NCBI GenBank assembly: GCA_947457935.1 | Contig: CANGXP010000001.1 | Coordinates: 4,065-68,064 of the forward strand | Origin: Alphaproteobacteria bacterium | GTDB lineage: Bacteria > Pseudomonadota > Alphaproteobacteria > JAJTHO01 > CANGXP01 | Reading direction: 5' to 3' | Length of the DNA stretch: 64,000 nucleotides | Part shown: positions 29,383 through 38,710 of the stretch, one piece after another | How the letters are laid out: every line of letters begins with the position of its first letter | Position numbering within the stretch: the first letter of the stretch is position 1 | Program-made: the position numbers and the translations under genes | The notes under the pieces: generated by a model | What the model was told of the DNA's origin: nothing | The model's input: only the letters and a program-made list of their open reading frames with translations | The model's database searches: none

Positions 29383-30039
29383 TTACTTTCCTGTCCCCAC
29401 AAAAGCCTCAACAAAACTTACGGCTACCGCAATAATTGCCATCCCTGCCGTGGTTGCGAATATCCAACTCCACCGAAACTTCCCGAAAATACCCAAAATC
29501 CCTACGGAAATGATTGATACCGCTGCCGCTGTATACAACAAACTTTTTGCATCTTCTGCAATATAGCTGTTGGTTCTTGTTAGCGTGTTTGAAACATCCT
29601 CAAACTTTCCAGTGCTTGTTGTATTGGCATTAATATACTCGATCCAATCTCGCGTGTACATTGCAATAGAGAGTAGAGCAAGTCCACCAATCAGCGCGAA
29701 CGCCCAACTCCACGGCATTTTACCTGTCATTGCCATGCCGCCCACACCCAACATTCCTAAAACAGCCAGACTTTTCAAAATGGGAATGGACTTTTCTAAA
29801 ACGTCGTTCCCCTGCGTTATCGCAACACCAAATACATTCGCTGCATCCGCAGGAGACTCAATCGTTAAGAAACTCAACATCATCGCAAAAAACAACAGCA
29901 TTCTATGACGCAGATGTCGATCTTGGCTATTTTGTATCACAACAGGATTCATCTTAGGTGCAAACGCGCCGCGCACAAAAAGCGTTGCGAGAAGCCCTGT
30001 AAAACAAAAATACACCCATTGTTCCATATCAAACCACAC
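29383..30039 (-). CDS. virB2: Tandem double VirB2/TrbC pilin-domain protein
   Basis: Two pilin-like hydrophobic hairpins: MTGKMPWSW and IFGKFRWSW. Confidence 0.7.
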   Translation of the reverse strand: MWFDMEQWVYFCFTGLLATLFVRGAFAPKMNPVVIQNSQDRHLRHRMLLFFAMMLSFLTIESPADAANVFGVAITQGNDVLEKSIPILKSLAVLGMLGVGGMAMTGKMPWSWAFALIGGLALLSIAMYTRDWIEYINANTTSTGKFEDVSNTLTRTNSYIAEDAKSLLYTAAAVSIISVGILGIFGKFRWSWIFATTAGMAIIAVAVSFVEAFVGTGK

Positions 30040-30043
30040 TGTC

Positions 30044-30385
30044 CTATTTCACAACAAACTGCATATAATAATATGTTCCCGATATTAGGGCTGTCGACCC
30101 GATAATACTGCCTACCCACGGCCAGCTCATCTTCCCAAACATGCCAAGTGCACCTACACCCAGCGTGGCTAATCCTGCCAATCCATATGCAATATTTTTC
30201 AAATAAACAGGTACGTTTTGAAAGCGTGGCGTAACGTAGTGAAGTGGCGTCTTCACTGCCTCGTTTTTATAATCCACGCTATAATTTGCAAAGCAATCAG
30301 TACTCAACACGCACACAAAAGCACAAAATAAAACAAAGAATAATAAGATGCGGAGTTTTTTTTGTTCAATTCTAAACATCATCAT
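30044..30385 (-). CDS. virB2: VirB2/TrbC pilin
   Basis: Signal peptide, then IAYGLAGLATLGVGALGMFGKMSWPW hairpin. Confidence 0.75.
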   Translation of the reverse strand: MMMFRIEQKKLRILLFFVLFCAFVCVLSTDCFANYSVDYKNEAVKTPLHYVTPRFQNVPVYLKNIAYGLAGLATLGVGALGMFGKMSWPWVGSIIGSTALISGTYYYMQFVVK

Positions 30386-30429
30386 AATTCCTAAATAACG
30401 CTAGTATGGCTTTGGGGTTACAGGTGAGA

Positions 30430-30834
30430 TTACGGTGGAGTCACAAAGGTATACGTTTGATTTTGATTTTCTGGTGTTTCAAACGCATCTTTTTTCCCTG
30501 TAATATACTCAACACCGTACTGTGCAGATGCCATCATCAATAATGCCCCCACAAGAATAAAAAACCTGTTCCACCGAAAACGCCCAAAAAACGCCATTGC
30601 GCCCGTTGCCGTTGCCCCTAGTCCTGCGAGTCCGAAAAGCATTTTTTGGCTATATTGCGTACCATTTTTGACGATTTTCTCTCCATTATCAAAAACATTC
30701 TTGAAGGGATCTTTTGTTATAGCCGCCGATGGCGGCGTAGGTGCAACGGGCGCAGCATTAGCAGATGCACCTATAGCACAGGCAACAATAACAACAAAAA
30801 AACAGAGCATGAACGCCTTTAGATTATTTTTCAT
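30430..30834 (-). CDS. virB2: VirB2/TrbC pilin
   Basis: Signal peptide, then LFGLAGLGATATGAMAFFGRFRWNRF hairpin. Confidence 0.75.
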   Translation of the reverse strand: MKNNLKAFMLCFFVVIVACAIGASANAAPVAPTPPSAAITKDPFKNVFDNGEKIVKNGTQYSQKMLFGLAGLGATATGAMAFFGRFRWNRFFILVGALLMMASAQYGVEYITGKKDAFETPENQNQTYTFVTPP

Positions 30835-30903
30835 AATATGTATTTTATATCACAATTATTTCGCAAAGTAAATACGCTAGAGAGAAAAAATATCATTTTA
30901 TTG

Positions 30904-30918
30904 TTAATTTTCTTTTAA
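30904..30918 (-). promoter_or_regulatory. Full CtrA-type site TTAA-N7-TTAAC upstream of the T4SS operon
   Basis: Minus strand reads TTAA AAGAAAA TTAAC, 70 bp upstream of the first pilin ATG. Confidence 0.6.
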
Positions 30919-32147
30919 ACAGGATCATTCTGTTGATGCCGCATTGCCTTTGCCGTGATTGCCAACAAACAAACAATACTAATCATCGGCGTTTTGGCGG
31001 CAATTGAGTTATTTGTAAACGCAATCACCACAAAAAGCGCTAACGCTATTTTTCCCTCAACAGCAAGCCCCTTAAGCAAATACCGATATAAAATGGAAAA
31101 ACCCAAAATATATACGCCAAACAGTATCGCGCCAAAACGTATAAACAACGCAACCCAGCCATTTTCAATGGTCCATGGCAATCCTGAAAAAGCGATGAGT
31201 GCGTTAACTTTTTCCGTGTTCGTGCCTAAAAAAATCTCTGCTGTTGAAATATACCTAAATATTTCAAATAATTGCAATCTCGAGGACGCACTATCATCCC
31301 ATGCGAGTCGTTCAACGAACGCCTGCCCCGCTGTTGTTCCCAACATCACATAAATCAACACGAAAGGCGCAAAAAACAATACGCCTGTTATCACGGTTAG
31401 TGTTTGTAAATTAAGGTGCTGCCGCTTTGCCGATGCAAAAAAATAGTATATGCCATACCCCAGCAATGCAATCGTCAGCAATATCAACGATGATCGCCCG
31501 CCAAAAGCGATCATTCCCATGTAAAGAACGCACACAATAGCAAGAACATGGAGGGGTTTTTGCACATAGCCCAACACAAAAAATATCGCAACCGCCGTCA
31601 GCGCTGCATTTGTTAAGGGATGCCCCATAAACGCCGTTGCACGTTTATCGTAAATAATATCAAGCCCTTGAATGGTATAGGGGAATAGTCGCGCCCCTGT
31701 GGCAACTTCCGCCATCCCCACCAGCGAATTCACCACAAAAACGCTCAGCAAGATTTTAAAAATCACCTGTTGCTGTGCGGGTGTTAAATGACTCACCAAC
31801 ACCACCACCACAACGGGCATAAATAAAGAATCAATAACAAACGATATTTCTCCTGCCCCTACCAACAATACGTTAAAAGCAAAGGTTACCAGCGTACACA
31901 GACCATAAATCAATACAGGGCGCGGGGCAACTTCCGCAAGATACGCCTTGTTTTGCGGTTGCCAGACAAAAAAGAACAAACACGCTAGTACGCCTAGGGA
32001 AAAATAGGTTGCGGGGTGGATCTTAAAAACCGCGCTGCCACCCGCCGTACCATATGGCCAGCCAATCATCGCCAGCGCAAACGGCGACACCATCACTATC
32101 GACAAGACAGCAACGGTAATCGCATAAAAAGAGAGTTTTTGCTCCAT
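30915..32147 (-). CDS. VpsF-family / O-antigen-ligase-like polytopic membrane protein
   Basis: KIHPATYF, RATAFMGHPLTNA, SASSRLQ, IENGWV; about 11 TM helices. Confidence 0.65.
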   Translation of the reverse strand: MEQKLSFYAITVAVLSIVMVSPFALAMIGWPYGTAGGSAVFKIHPATYFSLGVLACLFFFVWQPQNKAYLAEVAPRPVLIYGLCTLVTFAFNVLLVGAGEISFVIDSLFMPVVVVVLVSHLTPAQQQVIFKILLSVFVVNSLVGMAEVATGARLFPYTIQGLDIIYDKRATAFMGHPLTNAALTAVAIFFVLGYVQKPLHVLAIVCVLYMGMIAFGGRSSLILLTIALLGYGIYYFFASAKRQHLNLQTLTVITGVLFFAPFVLIYVMLGTTAGQAFVERLAWDDSASSRLQLFEIFRYISTAEIFLGTNTEKVNALIAFSGLPWTIENGWVALFIRFGAILFGVYILGFSILYRYLLKGLAVEGKIALALFVVIAFTNNSIAAKTPMISIVCLLAITAKAMRHQQNDPV

Positions 32148-32219
32148 AGTGCTTGTGTTTCTCGTAACCTTCAGACAAAAGAATATGCTTTATACTTCTA
32201 TTGTTCAAAACATACCACG

Positions 32220-33290
32220 ATGATTCTACAAAAATACCGATATTTTGGCGCACTCCGCTTGTTGTTGGCGGTATTGGTAATGGTGCAACACTTTGGCGTT
32301 AATCTTGCCGCGCCCAACACCGTTGCAACGCTCTATCCGCTGGCAATCGGCACGATTGCCGTTGTGGTGTTTTTTATGCTCTCAGGCTTTATTATCGCCG
32401 AAGCTGCTCATTATTTTTATACAAAACGCCCGTTTCCGTTTTTGCTGAATAGGGTGTTGAGAATCATCCCCCCGTTTTTGGTGGCAATCAGTATCTCTGT
32501 GGGTGTGCATTATTACTTTTTATATCAAGACTATAGCCTATTATCGCTTGAAGGGGAGACGCTCACCAACGCCATTTTTGCGCCCCACGAGTTATTGAAA
32601 AATTATACTTCGTTTTTGCCTGCCATGCGTATCATGGGTGCACTGCCTGCCTATTCTTTCCTACCGTATATTTGGGCTGTGCGCGTCGAGCTGTTGTTTT
32701 ATGCCGCTGTATTTGGCGCAGGCGTCATGGCAAAGTATATCAAACCTATTTCTCACAGTACCGCGATGGCATTGGCGGGGCTTGGCGGCTTAGCTGTCTT
32801 TGGATTGTTTGCACTCGGTAAAGCCCCTGCACTGTTTGGCTTTGCGCCCTATTTTGTGTTTGGTGCAGCGTTGTTTTACATTCTATCGGGGCATAAAAAA
32901 GCATGGGCTTTGTTGCTGCCTGCGGGTCTTGCGATGACGTGGCATTTTGGGCAACTCCCCATTCTTGATGCAAAATCACACGCTTTTGCCCCCAATATGC
33001 CTGCCCAATTCTTGATTTTTGGTGCACTCACCCTTGCTACCGTCATTCTTGCTACATTGAACAGCACCCGCTTTCAAAAGCTTGATCGTTTTTGGGGGGA
33101 ACTTTCCTATCCCCTCTATCTCAACCACTTTATTGTCGGCGTAGTATGGAAATCGCTCTATCCCGATCCGTCTGACAACCTGTTTTATGTTGCCTGTGGC
33201 ACCAGTTTTGTCTTCAGTATTGTGATGTATTACCTTGTTGAGCCGCCCTTGAAAAAACTACGCAACATCGTGCGCGGGCAAAAACTCTGA
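32220..33290 (+). CDS. Acyltransferase family 3 (OafA-like) membrane O-acyltransferase
   Basis: GALRLLLAVLVMVQH, VFFMLSGF, RVLRIIPP, WAVRVELLFY, GELSYPLYLNH, YYLVEPP; start moved to ATG 32220. Confidence 0.88.
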   Translation: MILQKYRYFGALRLLLAVLVMVQHFGVNLAAPNTVATLYPLAIGTIAVVVFFMLSGFIIAEAAHYFYTKRPFPFLLNRVLRIIPPFLVAISISVGVHYYFLYQDYSLLSLEGETLTNAIFAPHELLKNYTSFLPAMRIMGALPAYSFLPYIWAVRVELLFYAAVFGAGVMAKYIKPISHSTAMALAGLGGLAVFGLFALGKAPALFGFAPYFVFGAALFYILSGHKKAWALLLPAGLAMTWHFGQLPILDAKSHAFAPNMPAQFLIFGALTLATVILATLNSTRFQKLDRFWGELSYPLYLNHFIVGVVWKSLYPDPSDNLFYVACGTSFVFSIVMYYLVEPPLKKLRNIVRGQKL

Positions 33291-34372
33291 TGCGTACACA
33301 GATTGACGCATTAACAGGTATTCGGGGCTATGCAGCGTTATGGGTGGTGTTATTTCATCTGCAAGTGCTCGACATTGCCAAGCCGCTCCAATTTGGGGAA
33401 TTTATTCATCGCGGCTATTGGGCTGTTGATATTTTTTTCATGTTGAGCGGGTTTATCCTCGGATATGTCTATGAGGCGGAATTTCGCAACAAACCAACAT
33501 GGCGCACCTATAAAAACTATCTGTGGCTTCGCATAGGGCGGCTCTATCCCTTGCATCTCGTCACATTTTTAGGGTTTTTAGCGTTGGTGCTGGTGAAACA
33601 AGCAGCGGGGATGACCATCAGCACGCCAGAACAATTTGACCTTAAAGGCGCGATTGCGAGCCTCCTCTTGGTGCACAGCTGGGGCACGGTGGATAGGTTA
33701 GTGTGGAATGATGCCTCGTGGTCTATCAGCGCGGAGTTTTTTGCGTATCTCTTTCTGTTTCCGCTGTATTTTTGGCTGTTTCAAAGGGTTTCACTGTGGT
33801 TGATGGGGGGTTTAATTGTCTTGTTGTGGGCAGGAATGTATGCGATTGCCCTGCCGCTCCAAGGCTCGATAGATCTAACCTATAATTTCGGCGTGCTACG
33901 TATTATTCCTGAATTTTTAGCGGGATATTGGCTGTTTAAAATCCGCAATTATTGGCACCCTTCAAAAATATTAATCACTGTTTTTTTTATCACGGCTTGT
34001 AGTGGGATGTATGCGTTATCGCACGTCTCCCCCTTTTATGAATATCTGCTGTTACCGTTGATTTTCCTGCTTCTTGCCAGCCTTGCTTATGGGAATTCTC
34101 TCATCAACGCGTTGTTTGCCAACCGTTTCAGCGTGTACTTGGGCAAAATATCCTATTCGCTGTACATGACACATCTTCTGGTGCGGGTGGTGGCAGATCA
34201 AGCCTTGCGCTATGCGTTGCCCCATCAAGCGGACAGCCTTGCAATCCCTGTGTTGGGCGGGGTTATTGTGGTGATGTTGGTGGTGGCAAGCCTAGGCTAT
34301 CACCTCGTTGAAGAACCTGCCCGCCATTGGGTGCGCAAGAAGTTCGTAACTACTCCTTCGAAAGGAAGGTAA
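33290..34372 (+). CDS. Acyltransferase family 3 membrane O-acyltransferase
   Basis: LTGIRGYAALWVVLFH, VDIFFMLSGF, RIGRLYPLH, WSISAEFFAY, GKISYSLYMTH, YHLVEEPAR. Confidence 0.9.
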   Translation: MRTQIDALTGIRGYAALWVVLFHLQVLDIAKPLQFGEFIHRGYWAVDIFFMLSGFILGYVYEAEFRNKPTWRTYKNYLWLRIGRLYPLHLVTFLGFLALVLVKQAAGMTISTPEQFDLKGAIASLLLVHSWGTVDRLVWNDASWSISAEFFAYLFLFPLYFWLFQRVSLWLMGGLIVLLWAGMYAIALPLQGSIDLTYNFGVLRIIPEFLAGYWLFKIRNYWHPSKILITVFFITACSGMYALSHVSPFYEYLLLPLIFLLLASLAYGNSLINALFANRFSVYLGKISYSLYMTHLLVRVVADQALRYALPHQADSLAIPVLGGVIVVMLVVASLGYHLVEEPARHWVRKKFVTTPSKGR

Positions 34373-34841
34373 AAAGCGGCGTTGCGGTCGATTTTTCGAT
34401 CAGTTCCCAACTTGTCGTCTCAAAAGCAAACCCTACCAACGAAAAGGTGGGGAAACTAATCAAAAACTTCTCACGCTGAAACCGTTGTACTGCTTCGCTT
34501 AGAGCGGGATTATGCCCCACAACAAGCAGCGATTGCATCCCATCGTCCACTTTGGAAATTTCGGCTAAAACCGTTGTGAGCGGCGCGTTATAGAGCGATT
34601 TTTCAAAATTTATCGTCGCCTTCGCCAACAACCCTGCTTCCTGCATCAGGAAAACTGTCTGTTGGGTACGGGTTGCGGTGGAACACAACACGCTGTCAGG
34701 CTTGAAATCTGTGCTGCTCAAGGCAATTTTCAGCTTTTCAAGTTGCGTATAGGCAAATTCCACCAACGGGCGTTCTTTATCAGATTGCCCGATTTTCTGC
34801 GCTACTGCCTTGCCATGGCGGAGGAAATATAGTTTTTTCAC
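34350..34841 (-). CDS. sixA: SixA-like histidine phosphatase
   Basis: LRHGKA, CSTATRTQQT, LVVGHNP; GTG start overlapping the mfd stop. Confidence 0.8.
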   Translation of the reverse strand: MKKLYFLRHGKAVAQKIGQSDKERPLVEFAYTQLEKLKIALSSTDFKPDSVLCSTATRTQQTVFLMQEAGLLAKATINFEKSLYNAPLTTVLAEISKVDDGMQSLLVVGHNPALSEAVQRFQREKFLISFPTFSLVGFAFETTSWELIEKSTATPLFTFLSKE

Positions 34842-37800
34842 CCCATCACCTTTTCCAACGTCCATAAAATATCCTCCACGCCCTTTATTTTCTGCGCTGT
34901 TGTCGCAAAGCTGCGGAGGAAAAACACCCGCTGATCAGGGCGGAGTTTCACAACCCCATTTTGTGTGCCGATATATCTTAGCAACGCTTCAGGATTGCGT
35001 AAACTATTGTTATGAAAGCCAATCACCACGCCCTTCTCGCCTGCATCCACCTTATTCACGCCTAACGCCAAGCACTGCCGTTTGAGTGCCAAAATCTGCA
35101 AGAAATTTTCTACTTCCACGGGCAATGCGCCGAAACGGTCAATCAATTCGCTGGTAAAGTCCTCAATATCTTTCGCATCCACCAATTCTGCCGCACGGCG
35201 ATAGAGCCCAAGCCGCACATCCAAATCCGCCGCGTAGCGTTCAGGAATCAGCACGGGAATCCCGAGTTGAATAGTGGGCGACCAGTCCGTTGTTGGGTGG
35301 TGTGCGGTCGTCTCAACGTTGGTTTGCTGCGCTTTTGCGTCTGCCACCGCTTGTTCCAGCATTTGTTGGTATAACTCAACGCCCACCTCGCGGATGTGCC
35401 CTGATTGCTCATCCCCTAACAAATTGCCCGCGCCGCGAATATCCATATCGTGGCTGGCAAGGGTAAACCCTGCCCCTAAATGATCCAGCGTTTGCATGAC
35501 TTCCAAGCGTCTAAGCGCGTTTTTAGAGGTCACGACATCAGCAGGGGTGGTGAGATACGCATATCCTCTGGTTTTCGCCCGCCCAATGCGCCCGCGCAAC
35601 TGATAGAGCTGCGACAGCCCGAACAACGCCGCATTATGGATAATCATGGTGTTGGCGGTGGGAATATCAATCCCCGATTCGATAATCTGTGTTGAGAGCA
35701 AAATATCGTACTTTTTCTCAAAAAACGCCGTCATAATGTCTTCAAGTTCTGCTGCTGCCAACTGCCCGTGGGCTGTCACCACAGACGCTTCAGGCACGAT
35801 TTTTTTTAAGATCTCTGCCACATCCTGCAGATCCTTAATGCGGGGACACACATAGAACGTATGCCCGCCACGGAATTTCTCCCGCAAGATTGCTTCCCTG
35901 ATAATTACAGGGTCAAACGGCAACACAAACGTGCGAACAGCGAGCCTATCCACAGGCGGCGTCGCAATCAGGCTCAAATCCCTAACGCCTGTGAGCGCCA
36001 TTTGCAGCGTGCGCGGAATGGGCGTTGCGGAAAGTGCCAACGAATGCACCGTTTTTTGCAGCTCTTTCAGTTTTTCCTTTTGCCCCACGCCAAAGTGCTG
36101 CTCTTCATCAATAATCACCAACCCAAGATTTTTAAAACCAATGGATTTTGCAAGGAGCGCATGCGTGCCAATGACGACATCAACCGTGCCTTCTTGTAAT
36201 CCTTGCTTTGTAAGGCTTGCATCCTTCGGCGTGACCATGCGCGAGAGTTGCGCGACGCGGAGCGGAAAACCTGCAAAGCGTTTCGCGAAGTTGTTATAGT
36301 GTTGGCGGGCAAGCAGGGTTGTGGGCACAACGACCGCCACTTGCAGTCCCTGTTGCGCCACAAGGAAGGCGGCACGTAACGCGACTTCGGTTTTGCCAAA
36401 GCCCACATCCCCGCAAATCAACCTATCCATGGGCTTGCCCTTCAGCAGATCCTCTTCAATCTCGCCAATAGCGCGGAGTTGATCGTCTGTTTCAGGATAG
36501 GGAAAACGAGCGATGAATTCTTCATACAATCCCTCGCCTTTATGAATTTCAGGGGCTGTTTGTGTGAGGCGTGCGGCTGCTAAGGCAAGCAGTTGCCCTG
36601 CCATGGCGGTGATACGCTCTTTCACTTTCGCTTTTCGTGCCTGCCATGACACGCTGCCGAGCTTATCGAGTTGGGCTGAATTTTCCTCCGAACCATAGCG
36701 CGACAACACCTCAATGTTTTCCACAGGCACATAGAGCTTATCGCCGCCAAGGTAAATAAGCAGCACAAAATCATGGGCAACGCCATTGAGCGTGACGGTT
36801 TCTAAGCCCTGATATTGCCCCACGCCGTGTTCTACGTGGACAACATAATCGCCCGTTGCAAGGGCGCTTGCCTCCCGAATAAATGCATCGGCTTTGCGTT
36901 TTTTCGGCGCACGGGTGAGTCTATCGCCGAGAATGTCTTGCTCAGAAATGAGTGAATACTCACTCGCAATAAAACCCTTGTCAATACTGGCTTTTACCAC
37001 ACTGATGCTTTTCGGGGCTTGGGCGATGGCGGCTTGCCAATCGTCTGCTTCTAACACCATCGCCGCGCCATTGTCGCGCAACACATTGATAAAACGCGCT
37101 TTTGTGCCTTCACTGTAGGCGGCAATCACCACCTTCTTTTTGGCTTTTTGCTGCTCTTTGGCAAAGGTGAGCAGTTCGGCATAGACATTGCGGCTGGCAT
37201 CTTGTCGTGCTGCGGCAAAGCTGGGCACAGGAATAATGTTTGTGGGTGTGGTTGCCTCGGTCACAAAGGGCGAAAAGTGTAGCGTAGGATAGCGGTTTTT
37301 GGCAGTATTCCAGTCCTCTGGTGTGAGGAACTGTTTTTCAGGGGGCACGGGATAATACGGCGCGGTATCCTTAGTCTTTTGCTTTAACGCTGCCTGTCGT
37401 GCCTGATAATACTCGGTTATTTCCTCAAAACGGGCAGTGATGGCTTGGGGAATACCTGCATCCATCGTGAGCTGGGGCGTTTCCAAATAATCAAATAGCG
37501 TTGCCATTTCAGGATAAAATAGCGGCTGCCAATGCTCAATGCCCGTATAGTGCTTACCCGCCAACACCGCCGCATAAAGCGGATCATTATCCAGATGTGT
37601 GCCCGCTAACGCGCGATATCCTTGGCGGAAATGGTTGGTGGTTTCGGTATTGAGTAATACTTCTTTGGCGGGGTCTAGGTGCACCGCCGTTGCAGGGGTG
37701 GTTGTTAATTGCGTCAAGGCATCAAAATGGCGCATCGTTTCAATTGTATCGCCAAAATAATCAAGGCGCAGCGGCTCTGCAAGCGTGGGGATATACACAT

Positions 37801-38299
37801 CCACAATGCCGCCCCGCACCGCAAATTCGCCGCTTTCACGCACGGTGGTGGTGGACTGATAACCATGATGGGTGAGCCAGTCAGTCAGCGTGGCGATGGG
37901 GAGTGTTGCGCCACTTTGCAACGTCAACGCACTTTGGGCAAAAAACGCTGGTGGCAACACTTTTTGCAATACGGCATTAACGGTTGTTATCACAATCGCC
38001 TTGGTGAAGTGCTTTTTTTGCAAGGCATTGAGCGTGAGTAAACGCTCACTCACTATATCCGCTTGAGGCGATACGCGGTCATAGGGCAACGTATCCCACG
38101 CAGGAAACGACAGCACGGTTGCGTGCGGCGCGAAAAAGCTCAAGGATTCCTTAAGGCTTTGCGCCTGCGTATCACTCACCGCGATGTGCAGCAGCACGCC
38201 TGCTGTCTGTTGAGTATGAATTTGCGCGAGCAGATACCCGTCATAGCCTTCCGTGACGGGCGCGAGGGTTTGGGGGGGATTGGTAAAATACGAACTCAT
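34838..38299 (-). CDS. mfd: Transcription-repair coupling factor
   Basis: PAWDTLPYD, VRGGIVD, VHVEHGVGQY, MDRLICGDVGFGKTEVALRA, QLRGRIGR, DMDIRGAGNLLG. Confidence 0.98.
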   Translation of the reverse strand: MSSYFTNPPQTLAPVTEGYDGYLLAQIHTQQTAGVLLHIAVSDTQAQSLKESLSFFAPHATVLSFPAWDTLPYDRVSPQADIVSERLLTLNALQKKHFTKAIVITTVNAVLQKVLPPAFFAQSALTLQSGATLPIATLTDWLTHHGYQSTTTVRESGEFAVRGGIVDVYIPTLAEPLRLDYFGDTIETMRHFDALTQLTTTPATAVHLDPAKEVLLNTETTNHFRQGYRALAGTHLDNDPLYAAVLAGKHYTGIEHWQPLFYPEMATLFDYLETPQLTMDAGIPQAITARFEEITEYYQARQAALKQKTKDTAPYYPVPPEKQFLTPEDWNTAKNRYPTLHFSPFVTEATTPTNIIPVPSFAAARQDASRNVYAELLTFAKEQQKAKKKVVIAAYSEGTKARFINVLRDNGAAMVLEADDWQAAIAQAPKSISVVKASIDKGFIASEYSLISEQDILGDRLTRAPKKRKADAFIREASALATGDYVVHVEHGVGQYQGLETVTLNGVAHDFVLLIYLGGDKLYVPVENIEVLSRYGSEENSAQLDKLGSVSWQARKAKVKERITAMAGQLLALAAARLTQTAPEIHKGEGLYEEFIARFPYPETDDQLRAIGEIEEDLLKGKPMDRLICGDVGFGKTEVALRAAFLVAQQGLQVAVVVPTTLLARQHYNNFAKRFAGFPLRVAQLSRMVTPKDASLTKQGLQEGTVDVVIGTHALLAKSIGFKNLGLVIIDEEQHFGVGQKEKLKELQKTVHSLALSATPIPRTLQMALTGVRDLSLIATPPVDRLAVRTFVLPFDPVIIREAILREKFRGGHTFYVCPRIKDLQDVAEILKKIVPEASVVTAHGQLAAAELEDIMTAFFEKKYDILLSTQIIESGIDIPTANTMIIHNAALFGLSQLYQLRGRIGRAKTRGYAYLTTPADVVTSKNALRRLEVMQTLDHLGAGFTLASHDMDIRGAGNLLGDEQSGHIREVGVELYQQMLEQAVADAKAQQTNVETTAHHPTTDWSPTIQLGIPVLIPERYAADLDVRLGLYRRAAELVDAKDIEDFTSELIDRFGALPVEVENFLQILALKRQCLALGVNKVDAGEKGVVIGFHNNSLRNPEALLRYIGTQNGVVKLRPDQRVFFLRSFATTAQKIKGVEDILWTLEKVMG

Positions 38300-38550
38300 A
38301 AGGGACGATGCATCGCAATCTTCTGAAAAACTTGGGTATTAAACGCCTCAGGCGCAGGCTCTATGCCTGTCAACCAATTATAGAGATCGGTTTCTTCCAC
38401 CTCCAATAACGCCTCGTAATCGTTTATTTCTGAAGGTTCCAGCGTGTGCAGGAATTTTTCCGCGAAATTTCCGAGGATAATATCCAGTTCTTTGGTGCCA
38501 CGATGCCCACTTTGGTAGTATAAGCGTTTTAAGCGTTGGTCTTGCTCCAT
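38296..38550 (-). CDS. sdhE: Succinate dehydrogenase flavinylation factor SdhE (SDHAF2)
   Basis: RLYYQSGHRGTKELDIILG motif; start moved to ATG 38550. Confidence 0.9.
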   Translation of the reverse strand: MEQDQRLKRLYYQSGHRGTKELDIILGNFAEKFLHTLEPSEINDYEALLEVEETDLYNWLTGIEPAPEAFNTQVFQKIAMHRPL

Positions 38551-38710
38551 AAAGTCTTCCTTTTTAGGGTTCGTTATTAACGCTTTTATCGGGATGAGTG
38601 GCAAGGAAGGAGGGTTTGAGCAACCGTAAGCATACTTTTGGGCACAAACGGATTGCGAAAACACACCTGACGCTGCCAATCGCCCTAGAAAAGATGTTAA
38701 TAAAGAAACC

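Noticed and set aside
15258-30834. T4SS locus as an ICE or integrated plasmid
   Set aside because: No relaxase, integrase, replication or partition gene, or tRNA target in the window; flanks are housekeeping genes; cannot be fully excluded without the rest of the genome
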